Of a DNA stretch of 32,364 nt, positions 1-8,881 are shown piece by piece. Below the pieces are notes generated by a model. It was not told the DNA's origin, searched no databases, and saw nothing but the letters and a program-made list of their open reading frames with translations. The first letter of the stretch is position 1. The number at the start of each line of letters is the position of its first letter. The stretch is from Thermoproteota archaeon. Its GTDB lineage: Archaea; Korarchaeota; Korarchaeia; Korarchaeales; Korarchaeaceae. The stretch covers positions 1 through 32,364 of the forward strand of contig JAOZFH010000016.1 of the NCBI GenBank assembly GCA_027491415.1, written 5' to 3'. The translations under genes and the position numbers were made by a program.

Positions 1-2
1 TC

Positions 3-194
3 TTCTCGCTCGTCCACGTGGCGCCGCTCTCCAAGGCTCCACGGGTCTACCTCGCCTCAGTCATGACGGGCGCGTTCGTCTTGGGCCTACTGGCCAGCCT
101 CTTCAGGGCGGTCAGCGGGTCGCTCGCCCCCGCTGTCGTGACCCACGCCTGCCTCAACCTCGTCGGCATGCTGGTGGAGGAGATCCTGGGGTAA
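3..194 (+). CDS. CPBP-family intramembrane metalloprotease (CAAX/Abi), 5'-truncated
   Basis: Not in ORF track. Hand translation FSLVHVAPL...FVLGLLASLFRAVSGSLAPAVVTHACLNLVG...ILG* contains the FxxxH and HxxxN motifs; TAA at 192-194. Confidence 0.8.
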   Translation, partial: FSLVHVAPLSKAPRVYLASVMTGAFVLGLLASLFRAVSGSLAPAVVTHACLNLVGMLVEEILG

Positions 195-319
195 TCCCTC
201 CGCTCCCCGAGGACGGGCGCGCGGGGCCTCAGTGGGGTCTCTATCCCCTGCAGTCCGATCGGGGCTGGGTGGTGGGGCTCGCACGATCTTGCGGGAGCGC
301 CTGTCTGACCCCCGGCGCG

Positions 320-377
320 TACTTGCACTTGCCGCGAACTCCCACGTGTAAGTATATGTATTTGCTTTACTTGCACG
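320..377. promoter_or_regulatory. Putative operator/promoter of the PhoU-type gene
   Basis: TACTTGCAC at 320-328 and 368-376; imperfect inverted repeat CGTGTAAGTA-N13-TACTTGCACG (345-377) around an AT-rich core. Confidence 0.45.
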
Positions 378-386
378 CTCGAGGAG

Positions 387-1391
387 ATGCCCCCCGAGAA
401 GGAGATAAGGAAGGTCCAGATGCTCGGCAGGTCGTCGCTCTCCGTAACCCTGCCCAAGTCCTGGGCCAGGAGCATCGGGCTGACCAAGGACGACCTCGTC
501 GAGATAAGGATCCTCCCGGACCAGAGCCTGAAGCTCATCCCCTTGGGGCGGGCCAGGGAGGAGTTCCAGGAGGTCGTCGTCCGGGCGAGGCCGAGCGACG
601 ACCTCAGGTCCCTGATCATGAGAGTGATATCGGCCTACCTTGCGGGCAGGGACCTAATAACGGTCGAGCTCGGTGGGAAGTCCGCCTGGGCCAGGGAGCT
701 CAAGTCCGCCGCGAGGTCGAAGCTCGTCGGGGTTGAGGTGGGCGCCGAGAAGGGGGGGACCCTCACGTTCCAGTGCATGAGGACGTACTCCGACTTCCCG
801 GCGCCGAGGGCCTTCAGCAGGATGAGTTCACTGGCCGCGGACATGGTCACGGACGCGACCGAGGCCCTACTGAGCGGAGACGCTGAGCTTGCGGAGGAGA
901 TAGTTGCTCGGGACGAGGAGGTCGACAAGTTCTACTTCCTGATCGGGAGGCAGGCCTCCGCGGTCGTCTCTGGCCGGCTGGACCCCGAAGACGTTGGCCT
1001 GAGGTGGGCAGCGGACGCCCTGGGCTACAGGCTCGCAGCAAAGGCCGTGGAGAGGGTTGGCGATCACGCCTCAAACGTCGCCAAGTCGGCGCTCAAGTTC
1101 AAGGAGCCCCTCAGCGGGCTCGAGGACATGCGAAGGCTGGCCAGAATGGGCGCGGATGTCCTGAGGCTCGCGACCGACTCGCTGACGTCGCTCGACATGA
1201 TCAAGGCGGGTGAGGCCCTGAGTATGGCGAGGGGGGCATCCCCTCTCGCCGACCGCATCTTAGAGGTGATAATCGTCTCGGACGCGCTGAGGGGCAAGAA
1301 GGTGAGGCTCGGCCTCACCCTGGAGAGCCTGAGGAGGGTCGCGGAGTACGGGTCAGACGTGGCCGAGGTGACCATGGACCTCCTCGGGTGA
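387..1391 (+). CDS. phoU: Archaeal phosphate uptake regulator, N-terminal AbrB/SpoVT domain plus PhoU domains
   Basis: EIRKVQMLGRSSLSVTLPKSWA (AbrB-like); DEEVDKFY, KAVERVGDHASNVA and SLRRVAEYGSDVAE (PhoU repeats); GAGGAG RBS. Confidence 0.88.
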   Translation: MPPEKEIRKVQMLGRSSLSVTLPKSWARSIGLTKDDLVEIRILPDQSLKLIPLGRAREEFQEVVVRARPSDDLRSLIMRVISAYLAGRDLITVELGGKSAWARELKSAARSKLVGVEVGAEKGGTLTFQCMRTYSDFPAPRAFSRMSSLAADMVTDATEALLSGDAELAEEIVARDEEVDKFYFLIGRQASAVVSGRLDPEDVGLRWAADALGYRLAAKAVERVGDHASNVAKSALKFKEPLSGLEDMRRLARMGADVLRLATDSLTSLDMIKAGEALSMARGASPLADRILEVIIVSDALRGKKVRLGLTLESLRRVAEYGSDVAEVTMDLLG

Positions 1392-1409
1392 ACCTAGTCG
1401 GATCGAAGC

Positions 1410-1703
1410 TCACCGTTCCCCCAGGATCTCCTCCACTTCCCTCCTTCCCTCTTCCAGCTCCCTCGCCTGCTCAGGGTCGAGCCTCAGCAAGGCCTCCAGG
1501 AACTCTCCAACGTGGGTCTTCTCCTCCTTTGCGACGTCCAGGAGCAGCCTCTTCACCCCGTCATCCTCGCAGGCAGAAGCCAGCTGGACGTAGAGGTTGA
1601 TCGCGTCCAACTCAGCGATCACGGCAAGCCTGAGGGCCTGCGCGACTTCTCCCCCGCTCAGCTTCTTACCGGCGGGGACCTTGATGGGGTTCTCTCCCAG
1701 CAA
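1410..1703 (-). CDS. Short ferritin-like protein (encapsulin-associated EncFtn/Flp type)
   Basis: LRLAVIAELDAINLY...DVAKEEKTHVGEF...LDPEQ; two-helix half-ferritin with ExxH ferroxidase residues. Confidence 0.85.
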   Translation of the reverse strand: MLGENPIKVPAGKKLSGGEVAQALRLAVIAELDAINLYVQLASACEDDGVKRLLLDVAKEEKTHVGEFLEALLRLDPEQARELEEGRREVEEILGER

Positions 1704-1828
1704 CGTATCACCCGGCCGAGTTGGACGTGACAGCTGAAAAATGCGGCGCCCCGTTCTACATGTTCTCCATACAATACCAGCATCGCGGACCCCACAGATG
1801 AATCATTTTTACCTGTGCGTGTGAGACT

Positions 1829-3430
1829 GTGGCGGTCAGGATGGACTCGGCCCTCTCAAGGCTGTCGCGGCTGACGCCAATCCGCTGGGCGTGGTACGCT
1901 GCCGCCCTGGCGTTCTTCTTCTTCATCGTCCTCCTGCCGCCGACGTACGTGTTTGGATACGTAATCTCGGGATGGTCGGCCGTCAGAGAGGTTCTCTCGA
2001 GGCCCGAGATATCCTCCCAGGTCAGGTACGCCGTCCTGCTCTCCTACAAGGTCGCGACCCTGACGACGCTGGTCGACCTCGCCTTCGGGCTCCCCCTGGC
2101 GTGGGCGCTGGTCAAGAGGCCCTTCCCCGGCAAGAGGGTCGTCAACACCCTCCTCGACATCCCTATGTCCGTTCCGACCTCGGCGAGGGGCCTCTCGGTC
2201 GCCCTCTACTGGATGGCCCTGACGCAGCTCGCGGATCCGCTGCTCGGCCTCACCGCGCTCCAGGTCGCCATCACGTTTCCGTACATGGTGAGGAGCATCT
2301 CCTCGGCACTGGAGGAGGTGGACTACACATACGAGGTGGCGGCGAGGACGCTCGGGGCCGTCCCCCTCACGGCCACCAGGACGGTCACGGTCCCTCTGGC
2401 CAGGGCGGGGATAGTCGCCGGCTCGGTCCTATCGTTCGCGCAGGCCCTGAGCGAGACGGGAGGCGCCACGGTCCTGCTCCTGACTCTCGGACTTGAGCAG
2501 AAGAACGCGTCGGTCCTCATAGGGTACTGGAAGTCCCTCATGAAGCAGGATCCCTCGCTCGTCCCGACCCTGCTCCCGGCGGCCGCATTCCTGAGCTTCC
2601 TGATGATGGCATCCTCGCTCGCTCTGCTCTACGCCTTCAAGGAGGCGGGCATGAGGCTCAGCCTCCCGGAGGGCAGGGTGCTCCGCTCGCTGGAGGACAG
2701 GCTCAGCAGGCCGCCGTTTCCGGACTTGAGGGACCTCACCTCCGGGACCTTCGCCCTCATCGCGTTCATCCTCCCCTCCTTCTTCGTGGCCTCCTCAGCA
2801 ACCCTGGTGGGCGTCCCACTTGACTTCTGGCTGTCGGTGGGCAGGTCCTTCCTCGTGGCGGCGGGGGTGACGGTCCTCGACCTGATCTTCGCCGTCCCCC
2901 TGGCCATCCTGGTGACCAGGAAGCTCCCGCACGCCGCCTCCAGGCTCCTGGACAGCCTCGTCGACGTCCCCCTCCTCGTGCCGACGGCGGCCCTGGGCTT
3001 CAGCCTCGGGCTGTTCTGGACCGGCCTCGTACCCGGGGCGCCGGGCCTCCTTCTGGTCGGGCTGGCCCACGTCAGCTTCACGTTCTCGCTGGTGGCCAGG
3101 AACCTCATAGCCGCCCTCCACTCGATGGACCCGGGCCTGGAGGCCGCCGCCAGGACCCTCGGCGCCGACGGGTCGGTGACCTTCAGGAGGGTGGTCCTCC
3201 CTGTCATCAAGCCCTCCGTCGCGGCCGGCGCGGTCTTGGCGTTCGCAAGGAGCTTGAACGAGACGGGCGCCACGCTGGCGGTGTACCCAGAGGCCATCAC
3301 CGCTCCCGTGTACATAGTCGGGCTGGTGAAGGCCGGTAGGATGGACCTCGCGGGCCTGGCCACGCTCCTGCTTGGTGGAGTGTCGTTCGCTGTGATCTAC
3401 GCGCTCAGGAAGGCGGCGAGGGTGAGGTGA
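1829..3430 (+). CDS. ABC transporter permease with two fused permease modules (sulfate/molybdate/tungstate/Fe3+ class)
   Basis: Two EAA loops (YEVAARTLGA, LEAAARTLGA); LLDIPMSVPTS and LVDVPLLVPTA; FARSLNETGAT; many TM segments. Confidence 0.85.
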   Translation: MAVRMDSALSRLSRLTPIRWAWYAAALAFFFFIVLLPPTYVFGYVISGWSAVREVLSRPEISSQVRYAVLLSYKVATLTTLVDLAFGLPLAWALVKRPFPGKRVVNTLLDIPMSVPTSARGLSVALYWMALTQLADPLLGLTALQVAITFPYMVRSISSALEEVDYTYEVAARTLGAVPLTATRTVTVPLARAGIVAGSVLSFAQALSETGGATVLLLTLGLEQKNASVLIGYWKSLMKQDPSLVPTLLPAAAFLSFLMMASSLALLYAFKEAGMRLSLPEGRVLRSLEDRLSRPPFPDLRDLTSGTFALIAFILPSFFVASSATLVGVPLDFWLSVGRSFLVAAGVTVLDLIFAVPLAILVTRKLPHAASRLLDSLVDVPLLVPTAALGFSLGLFWTGLVPGAPGLLLVGLAHVSFTFSLVARNLIAALHSMDPGLEAAARTLGADGSVTFRRVVLPVIKPSVAAGAVLAFARSLNETGATLAVYPEAITAPVYIVGLVKAGRMDLAGLATLLLGGVSFAVIYALRKAARVR

Positions 3431-3431
3431 G

Positions 3432-4526
3432 ATGGCGGGCCTCGAGCTCGTTGCGGTGAGCAAGCGCTTCGGGCGGGTGCAGGCCCTGAGGGACGTGACG
3501 CTATCCGTGGGGGACGGGGAGTACCTGTGCCTGCTCGGCCCAACCGGGGCCGGGAAGACGACGCTCCTCAACGTGGTCGCAGGGGTGGTGAGGCCCGACT
3601 CGGGCAGGGTCCTGATAGGCGGCCGGGACGTCACGGCCCTCCCACCCGAGGAGAGGGGGGTTGGGTACATGCCGCAGGGCTACGCCCTCTTCCCCCACAT
3701 GACGGCCTGGGAGAACGTGACCTTCGGCCCGGAGGTGAGGGGCTGGCCGCGCGGGGACGTGGTGAGGGTCGGCAGGCAGATGCTCGAGTCGGTGGGCCTG
3801 CTCGAGAGGGCCGACGCGCTTCCCAGGGAGCTTAGCGGGGGGATGCAGCAGAGGGTCGCCCTCGCCAGGGCCCTGGCGAGCTCCCCAAACGTCCTCCTGC
3901 TGGACGAGCCCCTCCGCGCGCTGGACGCCCTCCTAAGGCTCAGGCTGAGGTACGAGATCAGGGAGATGGCGAAGGCCCTCGGGATGACCACCGTCCACGT
4001 CACCCACGACTATGAGGAGGCCCTGAGCGTGGCGGACAGGGTTGCCCTGCTCAGATCCGGCGAGCTCGTGGAGGTCGGTACGCCGGTGGACCTGTACGAG
4101 AGGCCGAAGACCCTCTTCACGGCCTACTTCGTGGGTGAGGGCACGCTGACCCTGGGTACGGCCGAGCCTGACGGCGAGTGGACCAGGGTCAGGATAGGCG
4201 AGCTCGAGCTCAGGTCCTCCCGTCCAGCAAGCGGGGAGGTGGTGGTGGCCGTCAGGTCCAGGCTCGTGAGGATCTCGCTCGATGGAGCTGGCCCCGGGAC
4301 CGTCGAGGCACGCGTGCTGGAGGCGAGGTTCCTGGGCAGGTTCACCAGGCTCAGGCTGATGGCCGGGGGCGTAGAGCTCGTGGCCGACGTTCCCTCAACG
4401 CTCGTCCCGCGGATCTCCGAGGGTAGGGAGGTCACCGTAGCCATCAGGCCTGAGCACGTCCTCCTCTTCGAAGTTAGCGAGTTCGAGAGGTTCCCGGAGG
4501 TCAGGGAGGTGTTGGTGGGTGCCTGA
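3432..4526 (+). CDS. ABC transporter ATP-binding protein (CysA/PotA/FbpC-like, C-terminal TOBE)
   Basis: GPTGAGKT, LSGGMQQRV, LLLDEP, HVTHD. Confidence 0.92.
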   Translation: MAGLELVAVSKRFGRVQALRDVTLSVGDGEYLCLLGPTGAGKTTLLNVVAGVVRPDSGRVLIGGRDVTALPPEERGVGYMPQGYALFPHMTAWENVTFGPEVRGWPRGDVVRVGRQMLESVGLLERADALPRELSGGMQQRVALARALASSPNVLLLDEPLRALDALLRLRLRYEIREMAKALGMTTVHVTHDYEEALSVADRVALLRSGELVEVGTPVDLYERPKTLFTAYFVGEGTLTLGTAEPDGEWTRVRIGELELRSSRPASGEVVVAVRSRLVRISLDGAGPGTVEARVLEARFLGRFTRLRLMAGGVELVADVPSTLVPRISEGREVTVAIRPEHVLLFEVSEFERFPEVREVLVGA

Positions 4527-5580
4527 GATAAGGCTGGAGGGGCTTGTCAAGCGATACGGCAGGGTCACGGCGGTGGACGGGGTCGACCTGCTGGTGGGGG
4601 ACGGGGAGTACGTAGGGATAATTGGGCCGAGCGGCTGCGGGAAGTCCACCACCTTCCGACTCGTCGCGGGCATCGAGACCCCCGACGAGGGGGACGTCCT
4701 CTTCGACGGGGAGTCGATCCTTCACCTGCCCCCCGAAGAGCGCGGCGTCGCCCTGGTGTTCCAGAACATAGCCCTGTTCCCCCACATGACCGCCCTAGGT
4801 AACGCCGCCTACTCGCCGCGCGTCAGGGGCCTGCCGGTGGCCAGGGCCAGGGAGGTTGGGAGACAGGCCCTCAAGGCCGTCCGAGCCAGGGCCAGGCCGG
4901 AGGACAGGCCCGAGGAGATGAGCATGGGCGAGATGCAGGAGGTGGCCCTGGCGCGCGCCCTGGCGTCGGAAGCCAAGGTTCTGCTGCTGGACGAACCCCT
5001 GTCCGCGCTGGACGCGAAGGCGGCCGCGGAACTCAGGGCGAGACTCAGGGAGCTGGTGAAGTCAAGGGGGCTCACCGCCCTCCACGTCACCCACGACCAG
5101 GAGGAGGCCATGGCCGTCTCCGACAGGGTGGCGGTGATGAGGGCCGGCAGGATAGAGCAGGTCGGAACTCCCAGGGAGCTCTACGAGCGACCCAAGACCC
5201 TGTTCGTGATGAACTTCGTCGGGGAGGCCAACTTCTTGGTGGGGTCCGTCAGGCGCGGGCAGGTGGAGCTCCACGCCGGGCCCTCCGTGGACCTGCCCCC
5301 GGGCTCCAACCTCAGGGAGGGAGACCTCGTGGTGGTCGGGTTCAGGCCTGAGGAGGCCACGTTGGACGGTGGACCCCTCGAGGGGAGGGTGAAGCTCAGG
5401 AGCTATCTGGGAGGCATGTACAGGCTGGAGGTGGTGCTGCGGGGCGGAGAGGTGGTCCGAGTGATTCTACCAGGAGATCCAGGGGTTCGAGAGGGGGACA
5501 GGGTCAGGCTCTCCATCGGGAGGTACAGGGTCTTCCCCTATCCCAGGGAGGGCCTCGCGCGGGCGCTCGCGATAGAGTGA
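4519..5580 (+). CDS. Second ABC ATP-binding protein with degenerate signature motif
   Basis: GPSGCGKS, LLLDEPLSALD, HVTHD; signature reads MSMGEMQEV; overlaps the upstream stop. Confidence 0.9.
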   Translation: MPEIRLEGLVKRYGRVTAVDGVDLLVGDGEYVGIIGPSGCGKSTTFRLVAGIETPDEGDVLFDGESILHLPPEERGVALVFQNIALFPHMTALGNAAYSPRVRGLPVARAREVGRQALKAVRARARPEDRPEEMSMGEMQEVALARALASEAKVLLLDEPLSALDAKAAAELRARLRELVKSRGLTALHVTHDQEEAMAVSDRVAVMRAGRIEQVGTPRELYERPKTLFVMNFVGEANFLVGSVRRGQVELHAGPSVDLPPGSNLREGDLVVVGFRPEEATLDGGPLEGRVKLRSYLGGMYRLEVVLRGGEVVRVILPGDPGVREGDRVRLSIGRYRVFPYPREGLARALAIE

Positions 5581-5631
5581 ACGGGGCCGCACGCCGCCGA
5601 GGTTTAATCAGACCGGGAGAGTGGTATAGGG

Positions 5632-6315
5632 ATGGCCGACCGGTACATGGACTACTTCAGGAGGAGCGCCTCCTCCTCGATCCTTGAGTCGGTCGCCGAC
5701 CTGGCTCTCAAGGGGAGAGACGCCGCGAGGGAACTCGCCAGGGTGGTTGAGGCGCTCGAGTCAGCCGGTTCCTCGGCCGTTGAGTCGGGGGTCGAGAGGA
5801 TATCCTCCATCGAGGAAGAGGGGGACTCCCTCCGCAGGCAGATCTTGGCCAGGCTCTCCAGGTCAGAGGTCCCGGCCAGAGACGCCGAGATGCTGGCCAG
5901 ACTGGCAAGGAGAACTGATCTCATCATCGATCAGATAAAGAACACCGCGCTCGCCATAAGGGTGGCCCTGGAGGCCGGGGGGGTGGTTCCCGAGGATCTC
6001 AGGAGGACCCTCGCCGACATGGTCGGGAGGCTGGCCGAGGAGACGGGGGCCGTGGCCGCCGCCATAAGGTCGGTCAACTCCTCGCTCGAAGACGCCAGGG
6101 CTCAAATCGAGCGAGTCGAATCCATCGAGCACGAGATAGACCTCCTCTACTACCAGGCGAAGGGCAGGCTGCCCGAGTCCGGCTCGGTGAGGTTCGCCAT
6201 CCTGCTCAACGACGTGATTAATGAGGTGGAGTACGCGGCGGACCTATGCGAGGACTCCACCGACGTTCTATCGGTTCTCGTGGTGAGGCTCAGCCTGCCC
6301 GGGGAGGTACCCTGA
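5632..6315 (+). CDS. DUF47 / PhoU-like phosphate transport regulator
   Basis: Helical repeats IEEEGDSLRRQI, IEHEIDLLY, EVEYAADLCED. Confidence 0.8.
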   Translation: MADRYMDYFRRSASSSILESVADLALKGRDAARELARVVEALESAGSSAVESGVERISSIEEEGDSLRRQILARLSRSEVPARDAEMLARLARRTDLIIDQIKNTALAIRVALEAGGVVPEDLRRTLADMVGRLAEETGAVAAAIRSVNSSLEDARAQIERVESIEHEIDLLYYQAKGRLPESGSVRFAILLNDVINEVEYAADLCEDSTDVLSVLVVRLSLPGEVP

Positions 6316-6484
6316 GGGGTTGAGGGGAGAGCCTGAGTCACATAACCGGGCTCTCCGAGCGGGGTCATTCCAATGCCGAGGGCTGGGGCTTCCCCCGTGG
6401 AGACTTCAACATGGCGGGTGGTCTCCCCATGCCCGCGCAGCTGCGGTATGTCGCGGTAAGCGAGAGGGCCCTTCCTAGGGCCAT

Positions 6485-6783
6485 CTAGAGGGACGGCGGT
6501 CCGACCTTTCGCAGTCTGGTGAGTGCCGTCTCTGTCCCCGCGGCAAAGAGCAGCATTATCACGCCGATCTCCGCGAACGCCCTGACGTATTCGTTCACCA
6601 AGACCAGGGGCCCTCTCCGAAAATCCGTATTCCAGTGCCCAGAGCATATGGGCCGAATATCACACACCCCCAAGATTTCGCCCAGTTCGGGGGCAACTTG
6701 AACGCTCTGAACGTACCGGCCAGCAGCTTGGCCAATAGGACCAAGATGCCTATCCTGACGATCTCCCTAAGTGGCTCGTCCAT
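6485..6783 (-). pseudogene. Frameshifted, truncated cation:proton antiporter, paralog of 10930-12174
   Basis: MDEPLREIVRIGILVLLAKLLAG and PLVLVNEYVRAFAEIGVIMLLFAAG lie in different frames; ELGEIL is also out of frame with the start; 6549-6589 is identical to 11942-11982. Confidence 0.8.
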
Positions 6784-7040
6784 TGCGGCAGCGGGGTATA
6801 CCTCGACTGCATATTCGTTATAGTGGCTCGGCTACTCGTGCTGATGGTCGACGCGGCTCGAGGTATCAATCGAAGCACGGGAAGGTGGCTTCTAGTCCTA
6901 TAGGTCTCGCACTGGGTTCAGAGGCGACCTCTGCCAAAGTGAGAATCCGCCTCAATTAGGTGATCCTCAATGAGGCCAAGAGACGAGGGTATCAATGGGG
7001 ATCTCGGAGCCGACCAGATGCTTAACACCACTATTCCTGA

Positions 7041-7478
7041 ATGTTAGGTAACTTTTTTACTAAGTTGTACCTAAGGTCGCTCTCTAGGGGTGTGAGACCT
7101 CTGTCCGGTAGGGGCAAGAGGGTGGAATCTATCGTTCAGGATTTCGTGAGGTCCAACGCTCCCGACGTTACGGGCGCGGCCGTGGCATCCCCAAGGGGAT
7201 TGCCCATAGCCGTCGCCGTGGGCCCAGAGGTCGACCCAAGGATGCTCTCCGCTCAACTGGCGGCCATCGTGTCGGCGCAGGACAGAATAGTCTCACAGTT
7301 GGGTCTCGGAGACATGCGAACATCGACCGTTGAGGCCGACAGGGGCAGTCTGGTGGTGAGGAGGACAGGGGAATACATAATTGGCGTGCTGATCGGTAAG
7401 GATGCCAATCTGGGACTCATCCTGATAGAGCTTGACAGGCTCTCCAATGAGATTAGCGAGGTCCTCAGCGCCGGGTGA
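7041..7478 (+). CDS. Roadblock/LC7 (MglB-like) protein; true start probably GTG 7092 or 7122
   Basis: PDVTGAAVASPRGLPIA...STVEADRGSLVV...DANLGLILIEL fits the Roadblock pattern. Confidence 0.85.
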   Translation: MLGNFFTKLYLRSLSRGVRPLSGRGKRVESIVQDFVRSNAPDVTGAAVASPRGLPIAVAVGPEVDPRMLSAQLAAIVSAQDRIVSQLGLGDMRTSTVEADRGSLVVRRTGEYIIGVLIGKDANLGLILIELDRLSNEISEVLSAG

Positions 7479-7500
7479 GCCTCTGGGAGGGATATAGGCC

Positions 7501-8058
7501 TTGTCATCACATGAGACTGAAGGGAAGAATGACCTGCTCTCCATGCTCAGGCGAGAGGAGGCTGGACTCTTTCTAGGGGGGAGCAGGGTTGTTATAGCAC
7601 CGGCACTCCTCCTTGGGATGCTCGGCGCCGTAATGGAGAGATTGTTCGGTCACCAAGGCGCCGACGCTGCATTCAGGGAGGCCGCATATAGAGCGGGGGT
7701 AGCCTGCGGAGCCAACGTGCATGAGATGCTTGTTGAGAGGGGTGTCGAAGATCCCTGGGAGATGGTCAGGGTGCTGGTGGAGCATGTAATGCCTGGCTTG
7801 GGTTGGGGGGAATTTCAACTGGTAGAAATGAGAAAACAGCCCTTGAGGATCGTCGTTAGAGTTTCTAAGCCCTACGTGGAGGTGACAGGGATCTCCTCCT
7901 CCGAGAGCCCAATCTGCTATCCCATGAAGTGGCTGCTCGCGGGGGTGCTGAAGGTCGTGCTCTCCGAGGCTGGCTTTTCAGGAGACCTTGAGGCCGAGGA
8001 GGTGAAGTGCGTGGCCATGGGAGACCCCCACTGCGAAGTAGTCTTTCGCGAGGCCTGA
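7501..8058 (+). CDS. V4R-domain protein
   Basis: GLGWGEF, SPICYP...LAG, EEVKCVAMGDPHCEVV (V4R Cys/Glu metal ligands). Confidence 0.85.
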   Translation: MSSHETEGKNDLLSMLRREEAGLFLGGSRVVIAPALLLGMLGAVMERLFGHQGADAAFREAAYRAGVACGANVHEMLVERGVEDPWEMVRVLVEHVMPGLGWGEFQLVEMRKQPLRIVVRVSKPYVEVTGISSSESPICYPMKWLLAGVLKVVLSEAGFSGDLEAEEVKCVAMGDPHCEVVFREA

Positions 8059-8070
8059 TCTTCGGGTCAA

Positions 8071-8754
8071 ATGTGGAGGGAAGATGAAGAAATGTCGGAG
8101 GAGGACCACTCGACCGAGGAGCCCCCCGATGTGAGTCGCAAAAAGGTGAAGATCGTCATAATGGGGCCGTCAGAGGCGGGTAAAACCACGTACCTCCGGG
8201 CCCTAGACGACAAGGCGGTCTTAATGGTCGACAAATCTGGCAGAACCGTCGGAATGGATGTCGGGTTCGTGGCCGTAGACCCGCATAGCGGGGAGATCAT
8301 GAGGCGCGATGAGGTTAGGGGGAAGGCCGGGTTTTTCGGCAGGCTGCTTGGCCGGGAGAGACCGTCCCCAGTGATCGTAGAGATTCAGCTCGTTAGTACG
8401 CCAGGTCAGGAGAGGTTCAGGTGGGTCAGAGAGGCCCTCGCTAGGGGTGTGCACGGCGCCATTCTCATGGTGGACTCCTCTAGGCCTGACCAAGTGGGTG
8501 AGGCGGGGGTCGTATACCACGAGATCCGCGCCATCCTACCCGAAGTCCCCGTGGTGCTCGTTGCCAACAAGCAAGATCTAGAGGGGTCGCTCTCCCCCCA
8601 GGAGGTGAGAGATCTCACCGGTCTGGATGAGCTGGAGGTCTTTGGAACGTCCGCCCTCAAAGGAGAAAACGTAGAAGCTCCACTTAAGAGGCTCATCCAG
8701 CTTATCTTGGGGAGGGAGCTTGACCAAAAGGCCAATTGGGCCGCAATGGCCTAG
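8071..8754 (+). CDS. Small Ras-superfamily GTPase, MglA-like
   Basis: G1 GPSEAGKT, G2 RTVGMD, G3 STPGQERF, G4 NKQD, G5 SAL; co-operonic with Roadblock. Confidence 0.88.
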   Translation: MWREDEEMSEEDHSTEEPPDVSRKKVKIVIMGPSEAGKTTYLRALDDKAVLMVDKSGRTVGMDVGFVAVDPHSGEIMRRDEVRGKAGFFGRLLGRERPSPVIVEIQLVSTPGQERFRWVREALARGVHGAILMVDSSRPDQVGEAGVVYHEIRAILPEVPVVLVANKQDLEGSLSPQEVRDLTGLDELEVFGTSALKGENVEAPLKRLIQLILGRELDQKANWAAMA

Positions 8755-8881
8755 TGTAGCCCTTAATCGCATCGCTAAGCGCTAGTTCCCCCTCCACGAG
8801 GCTGGTTCATCTGTCAGATTAGGTCTTGGCTCCCTTTGCGTCGGGCTGACTCACAAACGTTAAATTGACGATGAAGAAGGC

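Noticed and set aside
255-316. Possible long hairpin upstream of phoU
   Set aside because: Mostly G.U pairs in GC-rich sequence; not distinguishable from chance by eye.
6150-6647. 165-aa minus-strand ORF
   Set aside because: Off-frame read through the antiporter pseudogene and antisense to DUF47; no coherent protein.
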